From Dickeya dadantii NCPPB 898 (GTDB lineage Bacteria > Pseudomonadota > Gammaproteobacteria > Enterobacterales > Enterobacteriaceae): a stretch of DNA of 32,000 nucleotides. Positions 7,894 through 16,900 of this stretch are shown one piece after another. Within the stretch, counting starts at the first letter, position 1, and each line of letters begins with the position of its first letter. Made by a program: the position numbers and the translations under genes. The notes beneath the pieces were generated by a model, which saw only the letters and a program-made list of their open reading frames with translations, was not told the origin of the DNA and did not search any database. Location of the stretch: assembly GCF_000406145.1 (NCBI RefSeq), contig NZ_CM001976.1:2655116-2687115 (forward strand). Reading direction: 5' to 3'.

Positions 7894-8062
7894 GCGAAGC
7901 CAGCTCGCTGTTTATTGACCCTCAAGGAGAGTCAGCTTGTACGCTTCTGGCACTTAGCCGGCCATTAGACATAATTACACCAAAAATAATATCCAACTAA
8001 ATTAATTACAGGCCAGTACAATACCTCTGATTGATAAAACAACCCACAATTCCACTATAGAC

Positions 8063-8200
8063 CGTTATAAAAAAAGCCCCCAACCATCAGGCCAGGGGCT
8101 TTTTAATACCATCCAAATCACAATCAGAACGCGGCGGAGAAAATCTCGACGATTTCGGCGTGAGTCACTTTTTCGGGGTGATCAGACCTCTGGCATCTTT
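8063..8200 (-). pseudogene. Degenerate duplicate of the Fe-ADH gene 3' end (last ~25 codons and stop at 8124-8126) plus its terminator hairpin
   Basis: Manual alignment to 8921-9060 gives about 15 substitutions and one 1-nt indel over ~138 bp. The indel puts an in-frame TGA about 17 codons from the end. A G>A change weakens the terminator stem. Confidence 0.8.
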
Positions 8201-8246
8201 TAATATATTTACCACCAGCAAGAAGCTATCTCTTCTGAGATACCGT

Positions 8247-8624
8247 TTATTTTTCCACCCGTTTTCTTAATTGTTCGGCGAGTTCCGACACCAGGCATTC
8301 TCCGGTTGCCGCCTTAATGGTGAGTTCTTCCAGCGAATTGTCGTTATCAACAATCAATATGCCATTGCGGCGTAAAAATATCATGGTAACAAAAAAAGCG
8401 GTGCGTTTATTGTCATCATTAAAAATATGACCACGAGCAATGGTTACCCAATACGTCGCCGCCAGCTCAAACAATTCGGTCACACCTTCATAATAAAGAC
8501 GGTTTTGCACCCGATAAATCAACGCCTCAGCCCGACCAGGATCAGCCATACCCGCTACCCCGGGCAACACCTGCAAAATACGATCATGAAAGTCGATGAC
8601 GTCCTGTGCACTCACCCATTTCAT
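8247..8624 (-). CDS. doc: Type II toxin, Doc (death-on-curing) / Fic-fold kinase family
   Basis: 125 aa with the Doc-type Fic motif HIFNDDNKRTAF (P1 Doc has HIFNDANKR). It overlaps the upstream antitoxin gene by 4 nt (8621-8624). Confidence 0.9.
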   Translation of the reverse strand: MKWVSAQDVIDFHDRILQVLPGVAGMADPGRAEALIYRVQNRLYYEGVTELFELAATYWVTIARGHIFNDDNKRTAFFVTMIFLRRNGILIVDNDNSLEELTIKAATGECLVSELAEQLRKRVEK

Positions 8625-8842
8625 CTGTCAGCAAGCGCTTTGATGGTGTGTCCGTGGCGCTGCATGATGAAATCAAATTCGGCGTCTAATCTGGCTTTCT
8701 GATAAGCCTCAAACTCTGCTTTGGGGATGAGTACAGTCGAGGTGCCGTCCCGACGCTTAATCTCTACCGGCTCACCGCTGGCTGCTGTATCAATGACCGT
8801 CGCAATGTTTTGCCGGGCTTCAGTAATGGTATAAGTCTTCAT
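8621..8842 (-). CDS. phd: Type II antitoxin, Phd/YefM family
   Basis: 73 aa from the ATG at 8842 (MKTYTITEARQNI...FEAYQKARLDAEFDFI...), colinear with P1 Phd as I recall it (...FEAYKKAALDAEFASLF...). The RBS AAGGGGG precedes this ATG. The 8869 start in the track is rejected. Confidence 0.9.
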   Translation of the reverse strand: MKTYTITEARQNIATVIDTAASGEPVEIKRRDGTSTVLIPKAEFEAYQKARLDAEFDFIMQRHGHTIKALADR

Positions 8843-8850
8843 GGCACCCC

Positions 8851-8870
8851 CTTGAAATGTACATTTCAAG
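8851..8870. promoter_or_regulatory. 20-bp perfect palindrome CTTGAAATGTACATTTCAAG immediately upstream of phd (candidate Phd/Doc operator)
   Basis: Exactly self-complementary. The TGTACAT core (8858-8864) is repeated at 8871-8877. It lies 9 nt upstream of the phd ATG, where P1-type Phd autoregulation sites lie. Confidence 0.55.
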
Positions 8871-8920
8871 TGTACATCTGATTAGTAAAATAGACCACCA
8901 GCTATGCCGCGTTAATGCGA

Positions 8921-9060
8921 CGTTATAAAAAAAGCCCCCAACCATCAGGCCGGGGGCTTTTCAATACCATTCAAATCACCGTCAGAACGCGGCGGCGAAA
9001 ATCTCGACGATTTCGGCGTGAGTGGCTTTTTTCGGGTTGGTCAGACCGCAGGCGTCTTTC
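8921..9060 (-). repeat. Intact copy of the ~138-bp segment (Fe-ADH 3' end plus terminator) duplicated at 8063-8200
   Basis: See the alignment described for 8063-8200. Together the two copies bracket the phd-doc cassette as direct repeats. Confidence 0.8.
8926..8961 (-). terminator. Rho-independent terminator of the Fe-ADH gene
   Basis: GCCCCC..GGGGGC stem with an inner CC/GG pair and an ATCA loop. It is flanked by an A8 run on the plus strand, which gives a U-run on the minus-strand transcript. Confidence 0.75.
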
Positions 9061-10130
9061 AGCGCGTTGTCCGCCAGAATGCTGAAGTCTTCTTCTTTCA
9101 CGCCCAGATCTTTCAATCCGGCCGGGATACCGACATCGTGCGCCATCTGGCTGATCGCTGCGATCGCCGCATCAGCCGCCTGCCGATCGCTCAGCCCGGC
9201 GACATCCACACCCAGCGCTACCGCAACGTCTTTCAGACGTGGCGCGGCGACGGCGGCGTTGTAGCGTTCAACGTGCGGCAGCAGCACCGCGTTGCACACC
9301 CCGTGCGGCAGGTTATAGAAGCCGCCCAACTGGTGCGCCATCGCATGAACATACCCCAGCGATGCGTTGTTGAACGCCATGCCGGCCATAAACTGGGCGT
9401 AAGCCATCTGCTCGCGCGCCACCATGTTTTTGCCGTCTTTGACCGCATCACGCAGATGGTCGCGGATCAACTCAATCGCTTTAATCGCCACCGCATCGGT
9501 AATCGGGTTAGCGGCGGTCGACACATAGGCCTCAATGGCGTGGGTTAAGGCGTCCATCCCGGTGGCGGCGGTCAGCGAGGCCGGCATGCCGACCATCAGG
9601 ACCGGGTCGTTGACGGACATCACCGGCGTCACGTTTTTATCCACGATCGCCATTTTCACATGCCGCACTTCATCGGTAATGATGCAGAAACGGGTCATTT
9701 CAGACGCGGTGCCCGCCGTGGTGTTGATGCCGATCAGCGGCAACTGCGGCTTGGCGGAAACATCCACGCCTTCATAGTCGGCAATCTCGCCGCCGTTGGT
9801 CGCCAGCAGAGCGATCCCTTTGGCGCAGTCGTGGGAAGACCCACCGCCCAGCGACACCACGCAATCGCTGTGGTTCGCCTTCAGAATCTTCAGACCGGCA
9901 TCCACGTTGGCGACGGTCGGGTTCGGCTGCACGCCATCATAAATGGCGCTGTCGATCTGGTACTTTTTCAGCAGTTGCTGCACGGAGGCGGCGACGCCGA
10001 TTTTGTTCAGCACGCCGTCAGTCACGATCAAGGCATGTTTGAAACCCTGCAACTGAATCTGCCTGGCCGCTTCCTCTAACGCACCCTCACCCATCAGGTT
10101 TAAAGCCGGAATATAAAATGCGCTGCTCAT
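8982..10130 (-). CDS. Iron-containing (group III) alcohol dehydrogenase, YiaY / Zymomonas AdhB-like
   Basis: 382 aa, near-colinear with E. coli YiaY and Z. mobilis ADH II as I remember them ([63 protein letters not shown]). Confidence 0.9.
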   Translation of the reverse strand: MSSAFYIPALNLMGEGALEEAARQIQLQGFKHALIVTDGVLNKIGVAASVQQLLKKYQIDSAIYDGVQPNPTVANVDAGLKILKANHSDCVVSLGGGSSHDCAKGIALLATNGGEIADYEGVDVSAKPQLPLIGINTTAGTASEMTRFCIITDEVRHVKMAIVDKNVTPVMSVNDPVLMVGMPASLTAATGMDALTHAIEAYVSTAANPITDAVAIKAIELIRDHLRDAVKDGKNMVAREQMAYAQFMAGMAFNNASLGYVHAMAHQLGGFYNLPHGVCNAVLLPHVERYNAAVAAPRLKDVAVALGVDVAGLSDRQAADAAIAAISQMAHDVGIPAGLKDLGVKEEDFSILADNALKDACGLTNPKKATHAEIVEIFAAAF

Positions 10131-10198
10131 AGATCACCATCCATTTATTACAGAGTCTTAACTTACAGCCATCCTAGCATTGACATTTGCCGCTAAAA

Positions 10199-10212
10199 TT
10201 GACCAAAAACAA
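10199..10212 (-). promoter_or_regulatory. FNR/CRP-family-like half-palindrome TTGACcaaaAACAA upstream of the Fe-ADH gene
   Basis: 8 of 10 matches to TTGAT-N4-ATCAA. A TAGGAT hexamer (minus strand, 10171-10176) sits where a -10 element would be if the site were centred at -41.5. Confidence 0.3.
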
Positions 10213-10500
10213 ACTTCACCCACTCTTCGCTAAAAGGCTGAACCGTTTTTTCTTAGGGATATCATGCATAAATGAAAAAACCGCACCGCACAAATAAACA
10301 ATTATTTTACTTTTGAACCGATATAAAACCGGCGTAACGCCGCGGGCGGTATTTTCGTTGTAAACAAGCGGGTCAATCTGCCGTTATTACATAGATTACG
10401 GCCTGAAAAGGTGTTACATCGGCGCATCGCGCCAGACCAAACCGTATCAGTATTAGTGAACGGATACAGGCTGTCGTATCATGACCACTCGGGGCTTTTA

Positions 10501-10971
10501 ATGTCGACAATACCCATGACGAATGAGATCACATTTAAGGTGATCGGCGATATCAGCACGGCCAGCGCCTGTAGCGCTGCGCTGGTGGTACTCGTCGATC
10601 CGTACGGAAAAATCCTGCTGCAATTGCGGGATACAGATAAAGACATTCCCTACCCCGGTTACTGGTCGCTGTTCGGCGGCGGACTTGAAGGTGAAGAGAC
10701 GCCCGCTCAGGCGGCGGTGCGTGAATTAAATGAAGAGATCGGTATCACCCTTGACGATCGGGATCTGACGCCGCTGATCGTCACGCTGTCGGATGACAGT
10801 AAAAACGCCCGGATTTATATCTTCTCCCTGACCACGACGCTGACGCCGGGCGATATCGTCCTGCAGGAAGGCTCCGGGTTCGCCTTCTTCACCCGGGAAC
10901 AAATCGCGCACCTGCCGGTTGTGCCCTACGTCATGCGCGCTCTGAACCTGCTCTGGCGCAACACGCACTGA
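10501..10971 (+). CDS. NUDIX hydrolase
   Basis: Nudix box GGGLEGEETPAQAAVRELNEEIGI (GX5EX7REUXEEXGU). The start is uncertain: ATG at 10501 is preferred over the GTG at 10411, and ATG at 10516 is also possible. Confidence 0.8.
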   Translation: MSTIPMTNEITFKVIGDISTASACSAALVVLVDPYGKILLQLRDTDKDIPYPGYWSLFGGGLEGEETPAQAAVRELNEEIGITLDDRDLTPLIVTLSDDSKNARIYIFSLTTTLTPGDIVLQEGSGFAFFTREQIAHLPVVPYVMRALNLLWRNTH

Positions 10972-10990
10972 TTCTCCCGCCGAAAATGAC

Positions 10991-11018
10991 AACGCGATAC
11001 GCCGGAGCGTATCGCGTT
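10991..11018 (-). terminator. Terminator hairpin between the convergent NUDIX gene and narI
   Basis: AACGCGATACGC (10991-11002) pairs with GCGTATCGCGTT (11007-11018), giving a 12-bp perfect stem and a CGGA loop. On the minus strand it is followed by GTCATTTTCG, which fits the end of the narGHJI operon. Confidence 0.6.
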
Positions 11019-11042
11019 AACCATACCGAATACCGTGCGGCG

Positions 11043-11720
11043 TTAGTGCCGGTTTCTGACCAATTGATAACGACGGGTCAGATACTCAACCGGCGCGCTC
11101 CAGATATGCACCAGCCGGCAGAATGGGAACAGCAGGAACAGCGTCATCCCCAGCACCAGATGCAGGCGGAAAATCAGCGCCACGCCATCCAGATACGCCG
11201 AGGCGCCGCCGCGGAACGTCACTACCGCCTGCGCCCAATTCACCAGCTTCATCATCTCGCTGCCGTCCATGTGTTGCGCGGAAAACGGGATGGTCAGCAG
11301 CCCCAGCGCCGCCTGAATCACCAGCAGCGACATGATCAGGATGTCACCGGTGGTCGATGTGGCGCGCACTCGTGGATTCGTCAGCCGACGTTTCAGCAAC
11401 AGCACGCCGCCCACCAGCGTCAGCACGCCGCACGTCCCGCCGCCGATCATCGCCATCTTCTGTTTTATTTCCAGCGGCAGGAACGACTCGTACATCCAGT
11501 GCGGCGTCATCATGCCCAAAAAATGGCCGCCCAACACCCCCAGAATACCGATGTGGAACAGGTTTGAGGCCAGCCGCATGCCTTTCTTATCCAGCATCTG
11601 GCTGGAGCTGGCGCGCCAGCTGTACTGACCGTAGTCGTAGCGTAACCAACTGCCGATCAGAAATACCGCGCCGGCGATGTAAGGGTAGATATCAAACAAA
11701 AACAGATTGAGGTAATGCAT
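11043..11720 (-). CDS. narI: Respiratory nitrate reductase gamma subunit (cytochrome b) NarI
   Basis: 225 aa from the ATG at 11720, colinear with E. coli NarI ([25 protein letters not shown]...). GGAG lies 7 nt upstream. The ATG overlaps the narJ TGA by 1 nt (TGATG). Confidence 0.95.
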   Translation of the reverse strand: MHYLNLFLFDIYPYIAGAVFLIGSWLRYDYGQYSWRASSSQMLDKKGMRLASNLFHIGILGVLGGHFLGMMTPHWMYESFLPLEIKQKMAMIGGGTCGVLTLVGGVLLLKRRLTNPRVRATSTTGDILIMSLLVIQAALGLLTIPFSAQHMDGSEMMKLVNWAQAVVTFRGGASAYLDGVALIFRLHLVLGMTLFLLFPFCRLVHIWSAPVEYLTRRYQLVRNRH

Positions 11721-12439
11721 CAGCAATCTCCTTTGACCGGTGAAGCGTCAAGGTTCAGGTAGTGCGGCGCCACCGCGTCGACGAAACGACGCTGGTGACC
11801 AGTCTGTTGCGCCGGGGCGCAGCCCGCGTCGGCCAGAAAGCGGACCTGCTCTTCTTCCCACACCGCATCCAGCGCCTGCGGCGTGTCATCGCGCGCTTCT
11901 TCCGCCACCTTCGCCGCCACGGATTCACGCGCGGGTTCGAACTCTGCCAGCGTCAGCAACAAATCCGGCAACAAGGCATACTCGCTGTCGCGCTGGCGTA
12001 AGCGTTCCGCCAGCAGCGTCAGGATCGGCGCGATGTCACGCAGCCCATCACGCGCCGCCTGCGGATCGCGCAGCGTCAAATACTCCAGATACAGCGGCAG
12101 GAAATCCGGCAGCTCGCGGCAATCCAGCTCCAGCCCGACCTCACGGTACTGCGCCAGCAAATCCACCATCGCCTGACCACGGTCGCGCGACTCGCCGTGC
12201 ACATGTTCAAACAGCAGCAGCGACAGCGCGCGGCCGCGATCGAACAGTTCGCTGTAGCGCGCCTGCCGGTCCAGCAGGTCGCCCTGATAAAAGTCGGCGA
12301 TGAATTGCAACAGTTGCGCGCTCTGCCGTAGAGGCAGCTCGTCGGCCTGCTCCAACGCCTCCAGCATCGCCTGCTGTTGCTGCCACAACTCCGCATCCGG
12401 ATATTCCAGCAGCCGGGCGATAACGCGAAGACTGATCAT
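11720..12439 (-). CDS. narJ: Nitrate reductase molybdenum cofactor assembly chaperone NarJ
   Basis: 239 aa with NarJ-like sequence ([10 protein letters not shown]...[19 protein letters not shown]...[12 protein letters not shown]). Its position between narH and narI fits. It has an ATGA overlap with narH. Confidence 0.95.
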   Translation of the reverse strand: MISLRVIARLLEYPDAELWQQQQAMLEALEQADELPLRQSAQLLQFIADFYQGDLLDRQARYSELFDRGRALSLLLFEHVHGESRDRGQAMVDLLAQYREVGLELDCRELPDFLPLYLEYLTLRDPQAARDGLRDIAPILTLLAERLRQRDSEYALLPDLLLTLAEFEPARESVAAKVAEEARDDTPQALDAVWEEEQVRFLADAGCAPAQQTGHQRRFVDAVAPHYLNLDASPVKGDC

Positions 12440-13998
12440 GACTGGTTCTCCTGCATCCGCCGGTTGCTCATGGTCTGGGTTTTGCTGGTGACGTCGATAG
12501 CGTCGATACGGCGGCTGTTGAACAGGTTGAACGATGAATCGCTACCGTGGCAGCCGTCGCCGAAACTGAAGCCGCAGCCATGCGCTTCCGGGAAAGCTTC
12601 ACGCGCCAGTTCCCGATGGCTGGACGGCACCACAAAGCGATCCTCATAGTTGGCGATCGCCAGATAGCGGTACATTTCTTCAGCCTGCGCCGGTGTCAGC
12701 CCAACCTGCTCCAGCGCGCTGACATCGGTAACCTGCTCCACCGTCTGCGCCCGCTTGTAATGGCGCATCGCCAGCATACGCCGTAACGCACGCAGCACCG
12801 GGCGGGTGTCGCCCGCGGTCAGCAGATTAGCCAGATACTGTACCGGGATACGCAGGCTCTCCACGTCCGGCAATACGCCGCTGTGCGCCAGCTGGCCCGC
12901 ATCGGCGGCGGACTGAATCGGCGACAACGGCGGCACGTACCACACCATCGGCAACGTGCGGTATTCCGGATGCAACGGCAGCGCCAACTGCCATTCCACC
13001 GCCAGCTTGTACACCGGCGACTGCTGCGCCGCTTCAATCACGCTGAGCGGAATGCCGTCGCGTTGCGCCTGCGCGATCACCTCGGGGTCGTTCGGGTCGA
13101 GGAAAATATCCAGTTGGCGACCGTACAGATCGGTTTCGCTTTCTGCCGATGCCGCCTGCTCGATACGGTCGGCATCGTAAAGCAGGACGCCCAGATAGCG
13201 GATACGCCCGACGCAGGTTTCCGAGCACAGCGTCGGCATGCCGGATTCGATACGCGGATAGCAGAAAATGCATTTTTCCGACTTGCCGCTCTTCCAGTTG
13301 AAATAGATTTTCTTGTACGGGCAGCCGGTCAGGCACATGCGCCAGCCGCGGCATTTATCCTGATCGATCAGCACAATGCCGTCTTCCGCCCGTTTGTAGA
13401 TAGCGCCGCTCGGACAGGTGGCGACACAGGCCGGGTTGAGGCAGTGTTCGCACAGTCTGGGCAGGTACATCATGAAGGTGTTTTCGAACTGCCCGTACAT
13501 CGCCGTCTGCATGTCGTCGAAGTTCTTATCCTTCGACCGCTTGCTGAACTCGCCGCCCAGATCGTCTTCCCAGTTAGGGCCGTTTTCGATCTTTTCCATG
13601 CGCTGGCCGGTGATCAACGAACGCGGGCGCGCCACCGGCTGGTGCCGGCTTTCGCCGGCGCGTTGCAGATGGGCGTAGTCGTAGTCGAACGGCTCGTAAT
13701 AATCATCCAGCGCCGGGACGTCCGGGTTGGCGAAAATCTTCGACAGCACCCCGACGCGGTTGCCCATGCGCGGCACCAGTCGTCCGTTGATTTTGCGGAT
13801 CCAGCCGCCCTTCCATTTTTCCTGATCTTCCCAGGCATGCGGATAGCCGGTGCCGGGCTTGGTTTCCACGTTGTTGAACCAGGCGTATTCCATCCCTTCG
13901 CGGCTGGTCCAGACATTCTTACAGGTCACCGAACAGGTATGGCAGCCAATGCATTTATCCAGATTCAGCACCATGCCGACTTGTGAACGAATTTTCAT
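12436..13998 (-). CDS. narH: Respiratory nitrate reductase beta (Fe-S) subunit NarH
   Basis: 520 aa starting MKIRSQVGMVLNLDKCIGCHTCSVTCK, with multiple ferredoxin-type Cys clusters. It has an ATGA overlap with narG. Confidence 0.97.
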   Translation of the reverse strand: MKIRSQVGMVLNLDKCIGCHTCSVTCKNVWTSREGMEYAWFNNVETKPGTGYPHAWEDQEKWKGGWIRKINGRLVPRMGNRVGVLSKIFANPDVPALDDYYEPFDYDYAHLQRAGESRHQPVARPRSLITGQRMEKIENGPNWEDDLGGEFSKRSKDKNFDDMQTAMYGQFENTFMMYLPRLCEHCLNPACVATCPSGAIYKRAEDGIVLIDQDKCRGWRMCLTGCPYKKIYFNWKSGKSEKCIFCYPRIESGMPTLCSETCVGRIRYLGVLLYDADRIEQAASAESETDLYGRQLDIFLDPNDPEVIAQAQRDGIPLSVIEAAQQSPVYKLAVEWQLALPLHPEYRTLPMVWYVPPLSPIQSAADAGQLAHSGVLPDVESLRIPVQYLANLLTAGDTRPVLRALRRMLAMRHYKRAQTVEQVTDVSALEQVGLTPAQAEEMYRYLAIANYEDRFVVPSSHRELAREAFPEAHGCGFSFGDGCHGSDSSFNLFNSRRIDAIDVTSKTQTMSNRRMQENQS

Positions 13999-16900
13999 CG
14001 GGCTTTCTCCTGCAGATGAGGTTGCACATGGGAAGACAGGTCGTCATGGCTGTCCTCATCCAGCCAGTCGATACGGTTCATCTTGCGGACCACCACGAAT
14101 TCATCGCGGTTGGAGCCGACGGTGCCGTAATAGTTAAAGCCATACGCCAGTTGGGCATAACCGCCAATCATGTGGGTCGGTTTCGGGCAAACGCGCGTGA
14201 CCGAGTTGTGGATGCCGCCGCGCTGGCCGGTGACTTCCGAACCGGGCAGGTTCACCAGTCGTTCCTGCGCGTGGTACATCATGGTCATGCCGGACGGAAT
14301 ACGCTGGCTGACCACGGCTCGCGCGGTCAGCGCGCCGTTGGCGTTAAACACTTCCACCCAATCGTTGTCGGCGATGTTCAGCTCGCGGGCATCGTCTTCA
14401 CTCAGCCAGACAATCGGCCCGCCGCGTCCCAAGGTCAGCATCAGCAGGTTTTCGCTGTAGGTGGAGTGGATACCCCACTTCTGATGCGGCGTCAGGAAGT
14501 TGAGCGCTTTTTCCGGGTTGCCGTTGGGCTTTTTATTCAGCAGCGGCTGCGCGGCGCGGGTATCCACCGGCGGACGATACACCAGCAGGCTCTCGCCGAA
14601 GGCGCGCATCCACTCGTGATCCTGATACAGTTGCTGGCGACCGGAAATCGTGCGCCACGGAATCAGTTCATGCACGTTGGTGTAACAGGCGTTATAAGAC
14701 ACATGCTCGTCTTCCAGACCAGACCAGGTCGGGCTGGAAATGATTTTGCGCGGCTGCGCCTGAATATCCCGGAAGCGGATTTTCTCCTCCTCTTTCGGGT
14801 GCGCCAGATGGGTGTGATCGCGCCCGGTGACCTTGCTCAGCGCTTCCCAGGCTTTTACCGCTACCTGGCCGTTGGTTTCCGGCGCCAGCGACAGGATCAC
14901 CTCGGCGGCGTCTATCGCACTGTCGATTCTCGGGCGGCCGGCGGCCGGGCCGTCTTCCTGCACCCGGTTCAGACGCTTGAGGAAATCGACTTCGTTTTGG
15001 GTATTCCAGCTGATGCCTTTACCGCCGTTGCCCAGCTTATCCAGCAACGGGCCCAGCGAGGTAAAGCGGCTATACAGGTTCGGGTAGTCGCGTTCCACCG
15101 TCATGATGTGAGGCGCGGTTTTGCCCGGAATTAGGTCGCACTCGCCTTTTTTCCAGTCTTTGACGCCCAGCGGCTGCGCCATTTCGGCCGCCGAATCATG
15201 TTGGATCGGCAGCGTCACTACGTCGGTTTCCACCCCCAGATGCCCCTGACAGACGCGGGAGAAGGTTTTCGCCAGTCCTTTATAGATTTCCCAGTCGGTT
15301 TTCGACTCCCAGGCCGGGTCAACCGCCGCCGACAGCGGGTGGATGAACGGATGCATGTCCGAGGTGTTCATGTCGTCCTTTTCATACCAGGTGGCGGTCG
15401 GCAGCACGATGTCGGAGTAGAGACAGGTGCTGGACATACGGAAATCGAGCGTGACCACCAGATCCAGCTTGCCTTCGCCGCCCTGCGCGCGCCATTCCAC
15501 CTCTTCCGGCGTCACGCCGCCCTGCTGACCCAAATCCTGCCCCTGAATACCGTGCTCGGTGCCCAGCAGGTACTTGAGCATGTACTCATGCCCTTTACCG
15601 GAGGAACCCAGCAGGTTGGAACGCCAGATAAACAGGTTGCGCGGGAAGTTTTGCGGGTTGTCCGGTTGCTCGGCGGCAAAACGCAGACGGCCGGCTTTCA
15701 GTTCCGCCACGGTGTAATCCTGCGGCGACATCCCGGCGGCGGCGGCCTGTTCGGCGATACGCAACGGGTTTGCACCCAGCTGCGGCGCCGACGGCAACCA
15801 GCCCATGCGCTCGGCGCGCACGTTGAAATCGATCAGGCTGCCGCTGAAACGGGAGCTGTCCGCCAGCGGCGACAGCAGTTCCTGCGGCGCGATGGTTTCG
15901 TAGCGCCACTGGCTGGAGTGGTTGTAGAAGAACGAGGTGCTGTTCATATGGCGCGGCGGACGCTGCCAGTCCAGCCCGAACGCCAGCGGCAGCCAGCCGG
16001 TTTGCGGACGCAGTTTCTCCTGGCCGACATAATGCGCCCAGCCGCCGCCGCTCTGCCCGACACAACCGCAGAAGATCAGCATATTGATAATGCCGCGGTA
16101 GTTCATGTCGAGATGATACCAGTGGTTCATGCCCGCGCCGACGATAATCATCGAACGGCCGTGGGTCTTGTCGGCGTTATCGGCGAACTCACGGGCGATA
16201 CGGATAATGTTCTGGCGCGACACGCCGGTAATCTGCTCCGCCCACGCCGGGCTGTACGCTTTCACCTGATCGTAGTCGGTCGCGCACTGCGCATCGTCCA
16301 GACCGCGATCCACACCGTAGTTGGCAAGCGTCAGGTCATAAACGCTGGTAACCAGCGCCTGCTGACCATCGGCCAGCGTCAGGCGTTTGACCGGCAACCG
16401 ATGCAGCAGCACCTCGTCCAGCGCGACGCTGGCGAAGTTTTCACTGGATGCGCCGCCAAAATACGGGAAGCCGACGGACACCACCTCGTCGTGGTGACCC
16501 AGCAGGCTCAGTTGCAGATTGACGTCGCGCTGGGCGCTGCCTTCGCGCTGTTCCAGGTTCCATTTGCCCTGCTCGCCCCAGCGATAACCGATGGAGCCTT
16601 GCGGCGCGACCAGTTCGCCGGTGGGTTCGTCAATGGCGATGGTTTTCCATTCCGGGTTGTTCTCCTGCCCCAGTTTTCCCACCAGATCGGCGGCGCGCAG
16701 CAAACGCCCGGCGGCGTAGCTGCCGTCCGCGCGCGCTTCCAGCAGCACCAACATCGGCATGTCGGTATAGCGGCGCACGTAATCGGTGAAGTACTGGCGC
16801 GGCTGTTTGAGATGAAATTCGTTGAGGATCACGTGGCCCATCGCCAGCGCCAGCGCACTGTCGGTGCCCTGTTTCGGATTCAGCCACTGATCGCACAGCT

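Noticed and set aside
8063-9060. Whether the repeat-bracketed TA cassette is a complete integrative mobile element
   Set aside because: I see no integrase, recombinase or transposase ORF anywhere in 5960-9060, nor elsewhere in the window. It is reported as an insertion scar, not as a mobile element.
12883-13986. 367-aa plus-strand ORF antisense to narH
   Set aside because: Same reasoning as above. NarH homology on the minus strand explains the region, and the antisense product is an Arg/His/Ala-rich shadow ORF.
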